From Octopus vulgaris (taxonomy: Eukaryota): a DNA stretch of 64,000 bases. The notes beneath the pieces are model-generated. The model was not told where the DNA came from, ran no database searches, and saw nothing but the letters and a program-made list of their open reading frames with translations. Shown piece after piece: positions 1 through 12,680 of this stretch (position 1 is its first letter; every line of letters begins with the position of its first letter). The stretch is taken from positions 108,314,001-108,378,000 of the forward strand of contig OX597821.1 in assembly GCA_951406725.2 (NCBI GenBank). The letters are read 5' to 3'. The position numbers were made by a program, and so were the translations under genes.

Positions 1-545
1 AGGGCCCCAATAATTACAGATATAAACCTGAACTTGTAATTTGGATAGATTTCTCAATAGTTCAGCACAAGCGTTCTCAATTTTTACAGATCTTCAGCTT
101 TATGTTAACATCCGCTAGGCAGCTAATTTCCACAATTGTACCCAATTTCTTTTCTCTCTCCCAAATCATTATATCTGGCCTTTTGTGCTTACATCTTATT
201 GAGGTCTTCACTTGTACATTCCACCAGTATTCCTTTTTATTATAATTGGCTATAGCTTCTACCATAATGTGGGTTCTTATTTCTTTGCCCTCAGGGTTAC
301 TCTTCCGACGGATTTCATTATAGAGAGTCTCAGAGACAACATCATATCTCATTTTCGGATAACTGCTAATGATGTGGGCCATATCTTCAGTGTTAAATCC
401 ACAAAGTTTGCATCGCTGGCCGCATTTTACTGCTTTTCCTGCATCTCTATCTATTTTGTGCATCAGTTACTTGGTTGATATTTTCTGGATTGCAAACGCA
501 TACCCTACAAAGCAGGAGCTAGTAATCCTGCTTAGTGGCATTTCG
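1..545 (-). mobile_element. Non-LTR retrotransposon remnant, R4/Dong-like (CCHC knuckle + restriction-like endonuclease), degenerate, runs off window edge
   Basis: ORF 77..463(-) has CKLC...EDMAHIISS (zinc-knuckle remnant) and KRPDIMIWEREKKLGTIVEISC (PD-(D/E)xK RLE motif); homologous to the copy at 52601-53272. Confidence 0.85.
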
Positions 546-647
546 TAAAGTAAGAGTCAAGTACGGAAGGTCGATGTAAACGACTATTACCTCCCAACAT
601 AACTGCTGGTTTGTCACTAATAAAAAACTAAACATTTATTATTAAAA

Positions 648-1060
648 GGTGGCGAAAAGCAGAAACGTTAGCACGCCGGGCGAAATTATGAGCGGTATTT
701 CGTCTGCCGCTACGTTCTGAGTTCAAATTCCGCCGAGGTCGATTTTGCTTTTCATCCTTTCGGGGTCGATAAATTAAGTACCAGTTACGCACTGGGGTCG
801 ATGTAATCGACTTAATCCGTTTGTCTGTCTTTGTTTGTCCCCTCTGTGTTTAGCCCCTTGTGGGTAGTAAAGAAATAGGTATTTCGTCACTCTTTACGTT
901 CTGAGTTCAAACATCGCCGAGGTTGACCTTGCCTTTCATATTTCGTAATCGATAAAATGAAATCTCAATGAAGTAAGTACCATTCGAGTACTGGGGTCGA
1001 TGTAACTGACTAGCCCTGTCCCTTCCCTCATCCTCTAAACACACTAACCAACAAAATCTC
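648..1060 (+). mobile_element. tRNA-headed SINE family A, full unit plus partial second unit
   Basis: A-box-like GGTGGCG..GCAGAAACGTTAGCACG, B-box GAGTTCAAATTCC, core TTTCATCCTTTCGGGGTCGATAAATTAAGTACC, tail GCCCCTTGTGGGTAGTAAAGAAATA; many copies across the window. Confidence 0.85.
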
Positions 1061-1094
1061 GGGCTTCGTGGCTGTTGTAGAGATGATCGGTGAT

Positions 1095-1300
1095 GCGGCG
1101 ACTTTGCAGAGACTTTAGTGCGTCGGACAAAATCCTTCGTGACATTGCTTCCGATTCGTTTATGTTCTGAGTTCAAACTCTTGTTGGGGTCCACTTTACT
1201 ATTAATCTATTCAGAGTCGATAAAACAAAGTACCAGTAATTAATTGGGGTCGATGTTATCGACTAACCCTATTGCCTAAAATTTCAGATCTTGATTCTCG
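1095..1300 (+). mobile_element. SINE family A, degenerate copy
   Basis: GTTCTGAGTTCAAA, GTCGATAAAACAAAGTACCAG and GGGGTCGATGT motifs in order. Confidence 0.65.
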
Positions 1301-1311
1301 ATTAGAAGCTA

Positions 1312-1580
<269 letters not shown>

Positions 1581-1597
1581 ATATCACAACTTGTCTT

Positions 1598-1960
1598 CTT
1601 TATCTTTTACTTGTTTCCGGTATCAAGCTCCGGCCATGCTGGGGCATCGCCTTTAGTCGAACGTTATATTCTATCGGTGACTTTTGCTGAATCGCTAAGT
1701 TACTGGCACGTTTAAAAACGCAGCACCGGTTGTCAAGCGGTGGTGGGAGACAATTTCTCTCTCTCTCACACACGTATGAACACACACACACACACATATA
1801 TACGACAAGCTTCTTTCAGTTTCCGTCTACCAAATCCATTCACAAGGCTTCGGTCGGCCAGAGGTTTTAGTAGAGGGCACTTGCCGAAGGTGCCATGAAG
1901 TGGGCCATAAACCGGAACCATGTGGTTGGGAAGCAAGCTTCTTACCCTACATCCCCCCAC
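1598..1960 (-). mobile_element. tRNA-headed SINE family B (internal CA/TA microsatellite)
   Basis: Reverse complement of the full copy at 13607-14009 (TTTCAGTTTCCGTCTACCAAATCC, GGCCATGCTGG..CGCCTTTAGTCGA). Confidence 0.8.
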
Positions 1961-2299
1961 TGCATGTATATCATCATAATTATAATTTCGAAAAGGATAT
2001 TTCCGTGTTTACTACCCAAAGGAATTGCGAAAACAGTGACACGTTTTTGCAGTCTGGTAATAAATGAAACACTTTAGTTTAATAATTCTTTCAGGAATGA
2101 TTAGACGCCATCAGCTGAATTCATGCCCCCCTCACAAACACCACCATCAACATCATCACCACCACCACCATCAGCAACAGCACCACCACCTCCGCTACCA
2201 CCATCACCACCACCTTTAATGTAAATATTAAAGCGAAACCAGCTGCGTCTTAATTAGGTAGACAGAACTTTGACAAATGAAGAAATATGATTGTTGAAT

Positions 2300-2326
2300 A
2301 TTTCCTTCTTTCTTTCTTTTTTCTTT

Positions 2327-2358
<32 letters not shown>

Positions 2359-2448
2359 TTTCCTTCCTTCCTTCTTTCTTTCTGGCTTTCTTTCCTTCTT
2401 TCCCTCTTTCTTTCGTTCATTTTATCATTCATTCATTCTCTCATTCGT

Positions 2449-2480
<32 letters not shown>

Positions 2481-2593
2481 TCATTCACTCTCTCATTCGT
2501 TCTTTCTTTCTTACATCCTTTTTCTCCTTCATTCCTTCATTCTTCATTTCATTGTTTCTTCCATTCTTTCATTCATTCTTTCTTTCTCCCTTC

Positions 2594-2631
<38 letters not shown>

Positions 2632-2842
2632 CTTCATTCTTTCTCACTTTCTTTCCTTCCTTTCACCTTCCTTCCTTGCTTCCTCCTACCTTTCAATTCT
2701 CATTTCGCTTCTCCTTTATTTTTCTGTTTTTCTTTCTCTCTGTCTTTCATTCATTTACTTACTCTGTGTCTTCCTATCTTGTCTTTCCTTTTCCTTTTTT
2801 CTGTCTTTCTTCCTTTCCTTCTTTCTTTCCTTTTTTCCTTCT
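2300..2842. repeat. Polypyrimidine (TTTC/ATTC/TC)n low-complexity tract
   Basis: Direct reading. Confidence 0.9.
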
Positions 2843-2989
2843 AAATCCGACTCACTCTTCATACATCCACCGTTCCAACCAGTGAGAAATATAATTTCCA
2901 GAAAATAAAATTGAATTCAATTCCAGACTCTTTCAAGGTGTGTTTCCCTGTTGCAGAAGCCGGAAAAAATCTAATTTATTAGAAGAACG

Positions 2990-3555
<566 letters not shown>

Positions 3556-3809
3556 GGCTGATGAACGCAAAATATTCACCATAATCATGTGCCGATATGC
3601 GTGTATATTACAGAGGAGCCTTCAGCCATCAACCAAAAGTTCTGTGTAGGAAGACATATATGACTTGATTCTTTCTTCATCTTCTTGACAGCCGCCATTT
3701 TCATATCAGCTTTTGGTAAATTAAAGATTTTCATTTAGTTCCAAACTTCAATCGATTCCTTCGAAAATTTTGAAACATCATCGATAATCTTTTCCTCTGT
3801 GTGTGCTTG

Positions 3810-4050
3810 TATGTGTGTTAGTGTGTGTGTGTGTGTGTGTTTGTCCTCCTCTGCCGCTTGACAACCGGTGCTCGTACGTTTACGTCACCTTAACTTAACC
3901 GTTCGGCAAATAAAACCGATAGAATAAGTAGCCGGCTTTACCAAAAAAAAAAAAAAAAGGTCAAAGCAATTAGCAGTGGGGTCGATGTTTTGACTAAAAT
4001 TCCCCACGGTGGTGCCTCAGCATGGCCGCAGTCTAATGGCTGAAACACAT
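3810..4050 (+). mobile_element. SINE family B, 3' part
   Basis: CTTGACAACCGGTG..GTTCGGCAAA..ACCGATAGAATAAGTA..CAGCATGGCCGCAGTC..CTGAAAC. Confidence 0.75.
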
Positions 4051-4365
4051 TTTTTCTTAAATAAGTTGTATATATATTATATATATATATATATTTACAG
4101 ATCTTTTCTCTTACGAGGTTTTTCACGCTAACTACTTGATAATTTCTTATAAAGATTTTATCCTATTTTTAAATTTATATTTTTCACCGGAATAGTTCAA
4201 TACTGAATTTTTGTTCCGAGTAGGCAAGTTGTTACCGAAATGCATTGCGAAAAAGCTCACCATTTTCATAGATATGTAAAGATAAACATTCGTACATGCT
4301 GCGGCGAATTCTACAGTTGGTTGTCGGGTGTGTGATGTTGTGTTTTTCTTACATGTCTTCAGTTC

Positions 4366-4429
4366 GTTGCACTGAAGAGCATAGAATGCATTTTCTGCAT
4401 TGATTGCGAAATCACAGGTGATATGTAAC
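4366..4429 (+). ncRNA. Type I hammerhead ribozyme, apparently intact core
   Basis: Stem I GUUGCA/UGUAAC; CUGAAGA at 4372-4378; stem II GCA...UGC with inner AAUGCA/UGCAUU hairpin; GAAA at 4408-4411; stem III AUCAC-AG-GUGAU; AUA triplet, predicted cut after 4423. Folded by eye. Confidence 0.7.
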
Positions 4430-4550
4430 TAAATTCTGTTTTTAAATGACTCGCTTTGAAGTTTTGCATTCGGTACAATTTGTTTATTTTAGTAGTTTTG
4501 ACTGTAAAAGTCCCTCCTAGCGTGCGGTACCTATGAATAATAGTACCCTC

Positions 4551-4626
<76 letters not shown>

Positions 4627-4774
4627 GTTTATGTATTCTCATAATTGTTTAAAATAAATAAATAGGCATACTACAATGTGTAACATTTGATGCATACTAC
4701 ATCTAGATCCCCTCCATTTTATTCTTGCCGTTTAAATTAAGGGTAAAACCACTTTTTACCCTCTCCCGTTTACT

Positions 4775-5224
4775 ACACTCAGTAGGAAGGGGCAGCTACC
4801 ACAATGAGGGCGTAACTGTGATACCTGCCTCTTTTTACTTGAAGGCTCTGAATTTACTTTCAAAGAAGGACCAAAGTTTAAAATCAAGACCAACTTCTCC
4901 TGTTCCTCCGAGAACCTCATCTACGTTCTCACATGCACCGGTTGCCAACACAATTATTTTGGACAAACGAGCCTTCCTTTACGCAGAAGAGTAGCAGTCC
5001 ATTAAGAACAGATAAATCTCCCACAATACCGTAAAATTCCACTCAGTAGCCACATAGACTCGTGTGCTAGAGATAAAACTCCCAAATTTCACATATTCCC
5101 TTTCTACCAATGTAAAGACAGAATCTCTACACAAGAAAGAATCAACAAGAAGAATCGTTTTATCGAAAAATTCCAAACACGTCTTAATATGCAAACTCCA
5201 CAGTTACCATACATCTCTTTCTAG
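4775..5224 (+). pseudogene. Penelope-like element GIY-YIG endonuclease domain, pseudogenised
   Basis: Manual translation in the frame of codon 4913: GRNCDTCLFLLEGSEFTFKEGPKFKIKTNFSCSSENLIYVLTCTGCQHNYFGQTSLPLRRRVAVH*EQINLPQYRKIPLSSHIDSCARDKTPKFHIFPFYQCKDRISTQERINKKNRFIEKFQTRLN. Contains LIY..CxxC..YFGQT..R, an upstream CxxC and a terminal LN; in-frame stops at 4805 and 5003. Not in the ORF track. Confidence 0.85.
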
Positions 5225-5599
5225 CATCCTATCTAACAAAAAATTGATATAAGCATCCTGTTTGACAAAAAAAAAAATCCCACCATTCCAAATAAAGAAT
5301 TGTCCACAGAATTGTCTCCCCTTACTCACAGGAACTGGATAACTCCTACCCCGTTTCCTGTTTTGACACACAATCACCCATTCTTTCAAAATATACACTA
5401 CGTTTTAGCACAGGCATCCTAATCCTCCAAAGAAGTTTTCCAAGGACTATTACTGAACTCTAAAAGCATAAAGACTCTACAATGGATTGGTATACTTAAT
5501 TATTAATTTTTGTATATATGTATTATGATTTTTTTGAAAAACCATTGTAAATTTCTCTTTCCCCTTTCTCAATTTAAAAATAATAATTTTTCCCCTTCC

Positions 5600-5641
5600 A
5601 AATCCTGAAAATTTGCCTTGCAATGAAAACCGGTTTGATTT
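5600..5641 (+). ncRNA. Degenerate minimal hammerhead motif in the Penelope-like 3' pLTR
   Basis: AAAUC-CUGAAAA-U-UUGC cuu GCAA-U-GAAA-ACCGGU-UU-GAUUU; stem I AAAUC/GAUUU, palindromic stem III; about 375 bp downstream of the GIY-YIG stop. Confidence 0.45.
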
Positions 5642-5778
5642 ATTATTTTCACTTTTTTAAATTTTCATACACCCATTTTTATTAAAATTTACTTTCAATT
5701 TAGCATTCTGCTTTATTATAATTTTTCCTTTCGTATCATTTCTCCACGTGCAGTTAACACAACCCTACTATTCACTGA

Positions 5779-5839
<61 letters not shown>

Positions 5840-6025
5840 AATCCAACATATATATATATATATATATAAATGGAATAGTTACTGCTCGTTAATATCCCAA
5901 GGATTGGTACTTAACCCCGAATGCAACCTAAGTCTACATTAATCCATAAATTTCTTTCCCACGAGCCTTTATACAGTATGTATGTATGTATGTATGTATG
6001 TATGTATGTATGTATGTATGTATGT

Positions 6026-6056
<31 letters not shown>

Positions 6057-6519
6057 CATATATATACATACACATGCAAATACACACACACACATATATA
6101 TATACGTGTACGTACATACTTGCATGAAAAAATAAATACATATTTATAAGTCAGCAAAAGCTGATTCTTGGTGGATTAATGATGAGGAAAGAGCGTGCCT
6201 TAGTCCTTTGTGTAGTTTTTCCTGTCTCCCGTATGCTCTTTTGCTTTGTTCTTTGCTGGCACCATTTTACTATACACAATACACACTCACATACATACAT
6301 AAATACATACATACATAGATGTAGGTATACATATACATATGAAAATAGAGAGAGAGTGAGTGAGAGAAAGAGAGAAGCAGAGAGAGAGAAAGCGTTAGAG
6401 GCGGGCGTACTAGATCATGAAAATGAAAGTACAAATTTACTTTGAAAAAATAATTTTAAAAGAAAAACAACAAAACATGCGAAGCTAAAGGATAACGTAA
6501 CTAAATAACGGAAGATGAG

Positions 6520-6712
6520 GAGGGAAGACGGAGGAGGATGAGGCTAGCTATTGCTAGAGGACGGATAGGAACTGAACAAACTTCCAGACAGATGGTATCC
6601 GTCCATGGTCTCAGTGGTTCCCAAGGAACGCAAACCTAACGATGGGGAGTTGAAGGAATAAACATGGAACCGTCACTAACCATGTGTGTTCAACAGATGG
6701 ATGATGGCTGAT
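6520..6712 (+). mobile_element. Possible highly decayed RTE-type LINE 3' end
   Basis: TGGTATCCG (WYP) and terminal TGTGTTCAACAGATGGATGATGGCTGAT resemble RTE 3' ends; no clean ORF. Confidence 0.3.
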
Positions 6713-6924
6713 TTCGCTCTCCATCATCCTCTCTACCTCTCTCGCTCTCTCGCTCTCTTTCTCTCTCTCTCTCTTTCTCAATCTAGCTTTCTCTTTCTCT
6801 TACGCGTATAATTTCCGTATTTTTTTTTCTCGAATTGGCTGTTTACCTGTATCATAGAAACTAAATTTTTGTTAGAATACATATAAATACAAACAGAAAC
6901 AAAAGCATGTTTATCTTTAGGAGT

Positions 6925-6925
6925 A

Positions 6926-6978
<53 letters not shown>

Positions 6979-7060
6979 ATATATACGTATACATATGCAC
7001 ACATGTATATATATATATATAATATATATGTGTATATATACGTATACATATGCACACATG

Positions 7061-7104
<44 letters not shown>

Positions 7105-7170
7105 TGTACATATATGCACACATATACGTACACACATATATAATATATATGTATATATATATTCATACGT
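6925..7170. repeat. (TA)n-derived microsatellite with internal duplicated unit
   Basis: TGTGTATATATACGTATACATATGCACACATGTAT occurs twice. Confidence 0.9.
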
Positions 7171-7184
7171 GCAATCATTCGCTT

Positions 7185-7380
7185 ATTTTTTACTGGTTTC
7201 TATCATTCGATAATTGTCATGATGGGGATATTGCTTTAACGATTTTAGTCGATCAGATCGATGCCAGTGTGTATTTTAAAATCTGGTGTGTAATCTATCG
7301 ATCTGTTTTTGTTGCCAAAGCTCTAGCATACGGAGGTTTAAGCAAACCAGCCCCAATGATCAAACAGTAAATAGAAAATG
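7185..7380 (-). mobile_element. SINE family B, degenerate 3' part
   Basis: TTTTACTGGTTTC..TCATT..TTTAGTCGATCAGATCGA..CTATCGATCTGTTTTTG..GCTCTAG pattern matches the B tail in reverse. Confidence 0.55.
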
Positions 7381-7423
7381 CAAACGCACACACACACAGA
7401 CACACACACACGTACACACAAAC

Positions 7424-7498
<75 letters not shown>

Positions 7499-7693
7499 CA
7501 TACGTATATACATATATATATATACATATATATATTTGTATATATATATATATATACATACATATTTAGATACGTATGCACACACACACACACACATACA
7601 CGTACATACATTCATACATACAAAACAAAGACATACATACACACATATACATGCATACATACACTTACATAGATACACATACATACATATATA

Positions 7694-7843
7694 TTTTTAA
7701 TAATATTTAGCAGAAGTAACCGAGTGACTTAAGATCCGAGAGTTTCGTTCGTTGGCACTGATCAGAGTGTGTATGATGAGTGCCAACGCACGAAATTCTC
7801 AGATCTTGTGTCACACTGTTACTTCAGCTAACTATTAATAAAA
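7694..7843. repeat. ~150-bp imperfect palindrome with a hammerhead-like core in each arm (Penelope-like inverted pLTR remnant)
   Basis: AAGATCCGAGAGTTTCGTTCGTTGGCACTGATCA versus reverse complement of TGATGAGTGCCAACGCACGAAATTCTCAGATCTT; right arm reads UGAUGA-GUGC caac GCAC-GAAA (7774-7795). Confidence 0.75.
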
Positions 7844-7958
7844 TTATACATATACACGTATTTTGAGTTCTATTTTTCTTCTTTCCAACAACATAATATA
7901 AATACAGATATACATACATTTATATATATGCGTGTGCGTGTCTGTGCGCGTATATGTA

Positions 7959-8002
<44 letters not shown>

Positions 8003-8544
8003 AGAGTAAGCACATAAATGCGAAACAAGATGGAAAATATTGTACTCGAATACCGGAGGTAGAGCAATATGCTCTATTAAAAGGCAGCAAAAATATCATG
8101 AAAATTGAGTTTTACGATCCCGTATACATACATACATACATATATATATATATATGTATATATATATGCCTTCGTTTGATATAGTTTAATATTTTTTTTA
8201 CAAAGACAATTTTATATATATATATATATATATATTATGGATGTCCTGATATCCAACTGGTTTTCGCTATTTACATTATCTTTTGAAGGGACACTGTGAA
8301 GTAATCAAAACTTGTGACAAAGGTGTTTCGTCAATTTAGATGCTTGAAAAGTAAGAATAAGTCTAGAAAGTGAACAAAGGGAGGCAACTGGTGGCAAGGA
8401 GGAAAACTAACTCCTCGGTATAATTGTTGAAATAGGAATGTGTAAGGATCAGGTAGTCAAGTTTGTATATTAAGGTGTGGTCTGTACTTTTGTATGGACA
8501 CTTATATAATACTTACAACTATCTATCTACCTCTCTCTCTCTCC

Positions 8545-8580
<36 letters not shown>

Positions 8581-8657
8581 ATATGTGTATATAATATATA
8601 TAACAATATATATACATGTACATATATACATACATATATATATACGTGTGTATGTAT

Positions 8658-8990
8658 GTGAAGGCGCATGGCTCAGTGGTTAGAGCGTCGAGCTTACGAT
8701 CGTGAGGTTGTGAGTTCGAATCCCGGACCGGGCTGCGTGTTGTGTTCTTGAACAAGACACTTCATTTCACGTTGCTCCAGTTCCTCAGCTGTAGAAATGA
8801 GTTGTGACGTCACAGATGCCAAGCTGTATCGGCCTTTGCCTTTCCCTTGGATAACACTGGTGGCGTAGAGAAGGGAGGCTGGTATGCATGGGCGACTGCT
8901 GGTCTTCCATAAACAACCTTGCTCGGACTTGTCCCTGGGAAGGGTAACTTTCTAGGTGCAATCCCACGGTCAGTCACGACCGAAGGGTCT
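8658..8990 (+). mobile_element. tRNA-headed SINE family C
   Basis: A-box TGGCTCAGTGGTTAGAGCG, B-box GAGTTCGAATCC; near-identical to 53413-53762; inserted in a (TA/TG) tract. Confidence 0.88.
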
Positions 8991-9515
8991 CATCAGTATA
9001 TATATGCACACACAGAGATAAATTATACGCATATACACGCTGTTTGTGGATCTTTCTATATGGGTATGCGAGTATATGTGTGCACCTGTATATGCGCCCG
9101 CATGCGCGCGTGCGTGCATGCGTGCGTGTGTGAGTTTGCGTGTGTACCTGACTTTTCCATTACCTTCTGCCATTTCCGCTGACTAAACAGCAACAGAAGT
9201 AAGCATCTATACTGCCTGGTCTTTCATCAATTTTCATGGCATTCTTTGGCTTTCTTCTCAAATATCGCATTTGATTGAAGGAGATCTCAGAGATGATCGG
9301 ATATGTATATGCCCAATGAGTCATGAACTTATAAGGAAATTATAAGTTTAGTAATACGTAAAATTCTTGCCGAGTAAGAAAAAGTAATGTCTCCTAACTC
9401 TAACAATAGGCAGACGGAATCAATTTCCTCTGTTTTATCATATGAATATACATACATATATACATATATATATACATATATAAATATATATATGTGTGTA
9501 TATATATGTAGATAG

Positions 9516-9560
<45 letters not shown>

Positions 9561-9636
9561 TATATATATATGCATATACATATATACACATATATATATA
9601 CATACATATATAACATATATATATATATACATGTAT

Positions 9637-9669
<33 letters not shown>

Positions 9670-9879
9670 CATATATACAAATTAGGTGTATATATATAAT
9701 ATATATGTAGGCAAACAAACGTTAAGGAATCGAAATCAATTTAAAATTTACCAAAAATAAAAGAAATCTGAAGAATACAGAATTGGTTTGTAAAAAAATA
9801 TAAATAAAAATAACAAAAATGAATCCAAATATGAATAAATGGTTGCAATGGAGGACGAAATTTGAACAAGAATTCTCTC

Positions 9880-9969
9880 ATGGAAAATTAATTCCTGAAC
9901 GTTATTTGAAAATCGGTTAAAGAATAGGAATACAGAGGGCGCAGTGAACGGCAAGCGGAAATTACTAGT
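9880..9969 (+). mobile_element. Possible Helitron-type 3' end fragment
   Basis: TTTGAAAATCGGTTAA...GAACGGCAAGCGGAAATTACTAGT ends in CTAG-T; hairpin is weak. Confidence 0.3.
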
Positions 9970-10305
9970 TATGTCGGCGACATAGGCTTTATCAAAAGTC
10001 TTCTGCTCTCAGATCTATACGTTTCCTGTGATGCTTTGCGATGTATATACTTATACCTTACACACACACACGCGCGCGCGCGTATATATATATAGGGAGA
10101 GAGAGAGAGAAGGGAGAGAGAAAGAGGGGAGAGAGAGAGGGGGAGAGAGACATATTGGTGTGTGAATGTAAGTGTATTTGTATGTTATGTCAGTTCTCAT
10201 AATCATATATCTATATATCTAGATCTGTCTCTCTACCTATAGATACATAAATACATACATACATATATATATGTGTGTGTGTGTGCATGTATGTATGTAA
10301 GTATG

Positions 10306-10343
<38 letters not shown>

Positions 10344-10712
10344 TATATATACATATATATATATGTATATATACATACATACATATATATATATTCCAAT
10401 CATGATGAAGGCTATAATTTTGAATTATTTTTTAGATAAATCCCTTTCCTAATTCCATTATTTTTTTCCTGGAATATAATTTTTATTCAGTTTTTTCAGT
10501 CATTCTCTCTCTCCGCCTCTCTCTCTTCTACTTCCTTCCTCTCTTTCGCTTTCCCTCTTCTGCCTCCTCCCTTTCCATCTCATTCCTTTTCTTCTTCAGT
10601 TCATTATACTTTGTCTTTTACGAGTCTTCCGACTTTCAATATCTGCTTCCTGATGCATCTACGCAGTTAACTTATTTATTTAATCTATAACGTTGTTAAT
10701 CATTCACCATAT

Positions 10713-11420
10713 CAAGTAGTTAAGATCACGCTTAACACGCATGTGATCCCTGGTTCGATCCTCCTACATGTCATCTCAAGTAAATGTCGCTGAAACCCCT
10801 GCGTAGATGTAAAATATTTAGGAGTTTGGTGGATGTATTGTACCTGAAATTTCAAGAGCCGTCCTTGTCACACGGTGTGGAGTGATGCTAGGACAATATT
10901 TTTTTGTTTCTTTACAACCCACAAGGGTGCTAAACACAGAGGGGACAAACAAGGACAGACAAACTGATTACGTCGATTACATCGACCCCAGTGCGTAAAT
11001 GGTACTTAATTTATCGACCCCCGAAAGGATGAAAGGCAAAGTCGACCTCGGCGGAATTTGAACTCAGAACTCAGCGGCAGGCGAAATACCTATTTCTTTA
11101 CTACCCACAAGGGGCTAAACACAGAGAGGACAAACAAGGACTGACAAACGGATTACGTCGATTACATCGACCCCAGTGCGTAACTGGTACTTAATTTATC
11201 GACCCCGAATGGATGAAAGGCAAAGTCGACCTCGGCGGAATTTGAACTCAGAACGTAACGGCAGACGAAATACGGCTACGCATTTCGACCGGCGTGCTAA
11301 CGTTTCTGCCAGCTCGCGCCAGTTAAACTACCCACACACTTCATCATACACTATTTCACAGAACAGATCATTCGGCTGATCCAACAACACAATTGCCGTC
11401 GTCGAAATCAACGGAAGCCC
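10713..11420 (+). mobile_element. Degenerate SINE family D split by a nested SINE-A dimer
   Basis: Head GGTTCGATCC and body TTGTACCTGAAATTTCAAG..CCTTGTCACA at 10713-10890; tail ATTTCACAGAACAG..GATCC..GTCGTCGAAATCAACGGAAG resumes at 11330-11420. Confidence 0.55.
10905..11320 (-). mobile_element. SINE family A head-to-tail dimer
   Basis: Two tandem copies of TTTCTTTACTACCCACAAGGGG...GGCGGAATTTGAACTCAGAAC; head TCTGCCAGCTCGC at the right end. Confidence 0.9.
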
Positions 11421-12259
11421 ATATCAACACTGTATAATACTTCATTGGTACTTCATTGACTTATGTAATCCAAAGTATCTCATCATGTTTTTCTTCTTGA
11501 GGAAACCATAGAATTTCAATCAGTAGTCGACAGAAAACCTCTTTTTGTACATACTCTGTATGACCAAGGTATGCTACTAAATCCGTCCGTGATGACTGAA
11601 TCAGTGGTGTAGAATTTGAGTGGATTTGAAAAATTACGCTGTGGATTCTTGAAAAATGATATAAATTTATAACTTGAGGTCATATTTATGCATCTTGAAG
11701 ATCATGTTATTTTTGAGAGACATAAATACGATTAATACAATGTAAACTTGTCAAGAATTTTTAAGTTGAAGGCATGCAGATTGCACCAGTGTTTATATAT
11801 CTGGACTAGAGTATGCTCCAATGTCAAACATGATGATTAAGCCATAATAAGAACCTGCCTGAAATTGCTGCTGAACCTAGGATATAAACTTATCTTTTAA
11901 AACGATTTAAAACACTTCCATTATTTAGATTTCGTATAAATTTGTTTTAAGCAATGTTTAAAACACCAAATTAATAATGGCAACGTTAAATTAATAAATC
12001 TTTAATTATTTTCAAAATTAATTAAAACAAAGGTTGTGCATTTTAACACAAATATGGTACACTAAAAAGGTTCCATTAAAATTTTTTGTTAATTTATGTT
12101 CCAAGTACAAGCTAAACAATCACAAAGTCAAACTAATAAATTTTGTATAATTTTCAAAATTCATTGAAGCAGAATTTGTGTACTTTAACCGAAATATTGT
12201 AGCGAAAGTCTTAACACAAATTTTGGAGAACGTCAACGAATTAGCCATTTTTATTTTTG

Positions 12260-12680
12260 GGTTTGGTTTGCAAGATTCTTTATGTGAGTTCGTGTGTTGA
12301 AGCATATTCTGCTGTGTCTGGGGAGAGTCATTTTCTTTTTGTGCCTTATAATTTAACACACTCACCGGTAAAATTACCACTTATTTCTTATTTTTATTTT
12401 CCTAAAACTTTCGTTGCATCTCTCATTCGATGTTATATGTCACTCCAGTGCACCCCGATATCAAGAATGTTGATATCTACCCACGGAGACCGCTCCTGTT
12501 TCTATGCTACAAATATCTTGTTTTAAAATTACATGAATTCTTAAAGTTATTATTTAAATTCTACAAGACGCTACGAAAATTTTAGGAAAATATAAATAAG
12601 AAATAAGTGAAAATTTTACCGGTGAGTGTGTTAAATTATAAGGCACAAAAAGAAAATGTCTCTTTCCAGACACAACAGAA
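12260..12680. mobile_element. Inverted-repeat insert (~115-bp arms) flanked by a ~27-bp direct duplication
   Basis: Arms about 12306-12421 and 12565-12681 (GTGCCTTATAATTTAACACACTCACCGGTAAAATT versus AATTTTACCGGTGAGTGTGTTAAATTATAAGGCAC); flanks TCAACGAATTAGCCATTTTTATTTTTG and TCATCGAATTAGCCGTTTTTATTTTTG. Confidence 0.75.

Noticed and set aside
3557-3630. CTGATGA followed by ACGCA...TGCGT pairing
   Set aside because: No GAAA after the putative stem II; not a hammerhead.
8658-8730. tRNA genes at SINE heads (also 47211, 53413, 62750-62824)
   Set aside because: A/B boxes are present, but there is no complete cloverleaf and each continues into a SINE body and tail.
8972-8997. Minus-strand CTGATGA-GAC-ccttcg-GTC at the SINE C end
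   Set aside because: Followed by GTGA rather than GAAA; chance junction of SINE tail and flank.
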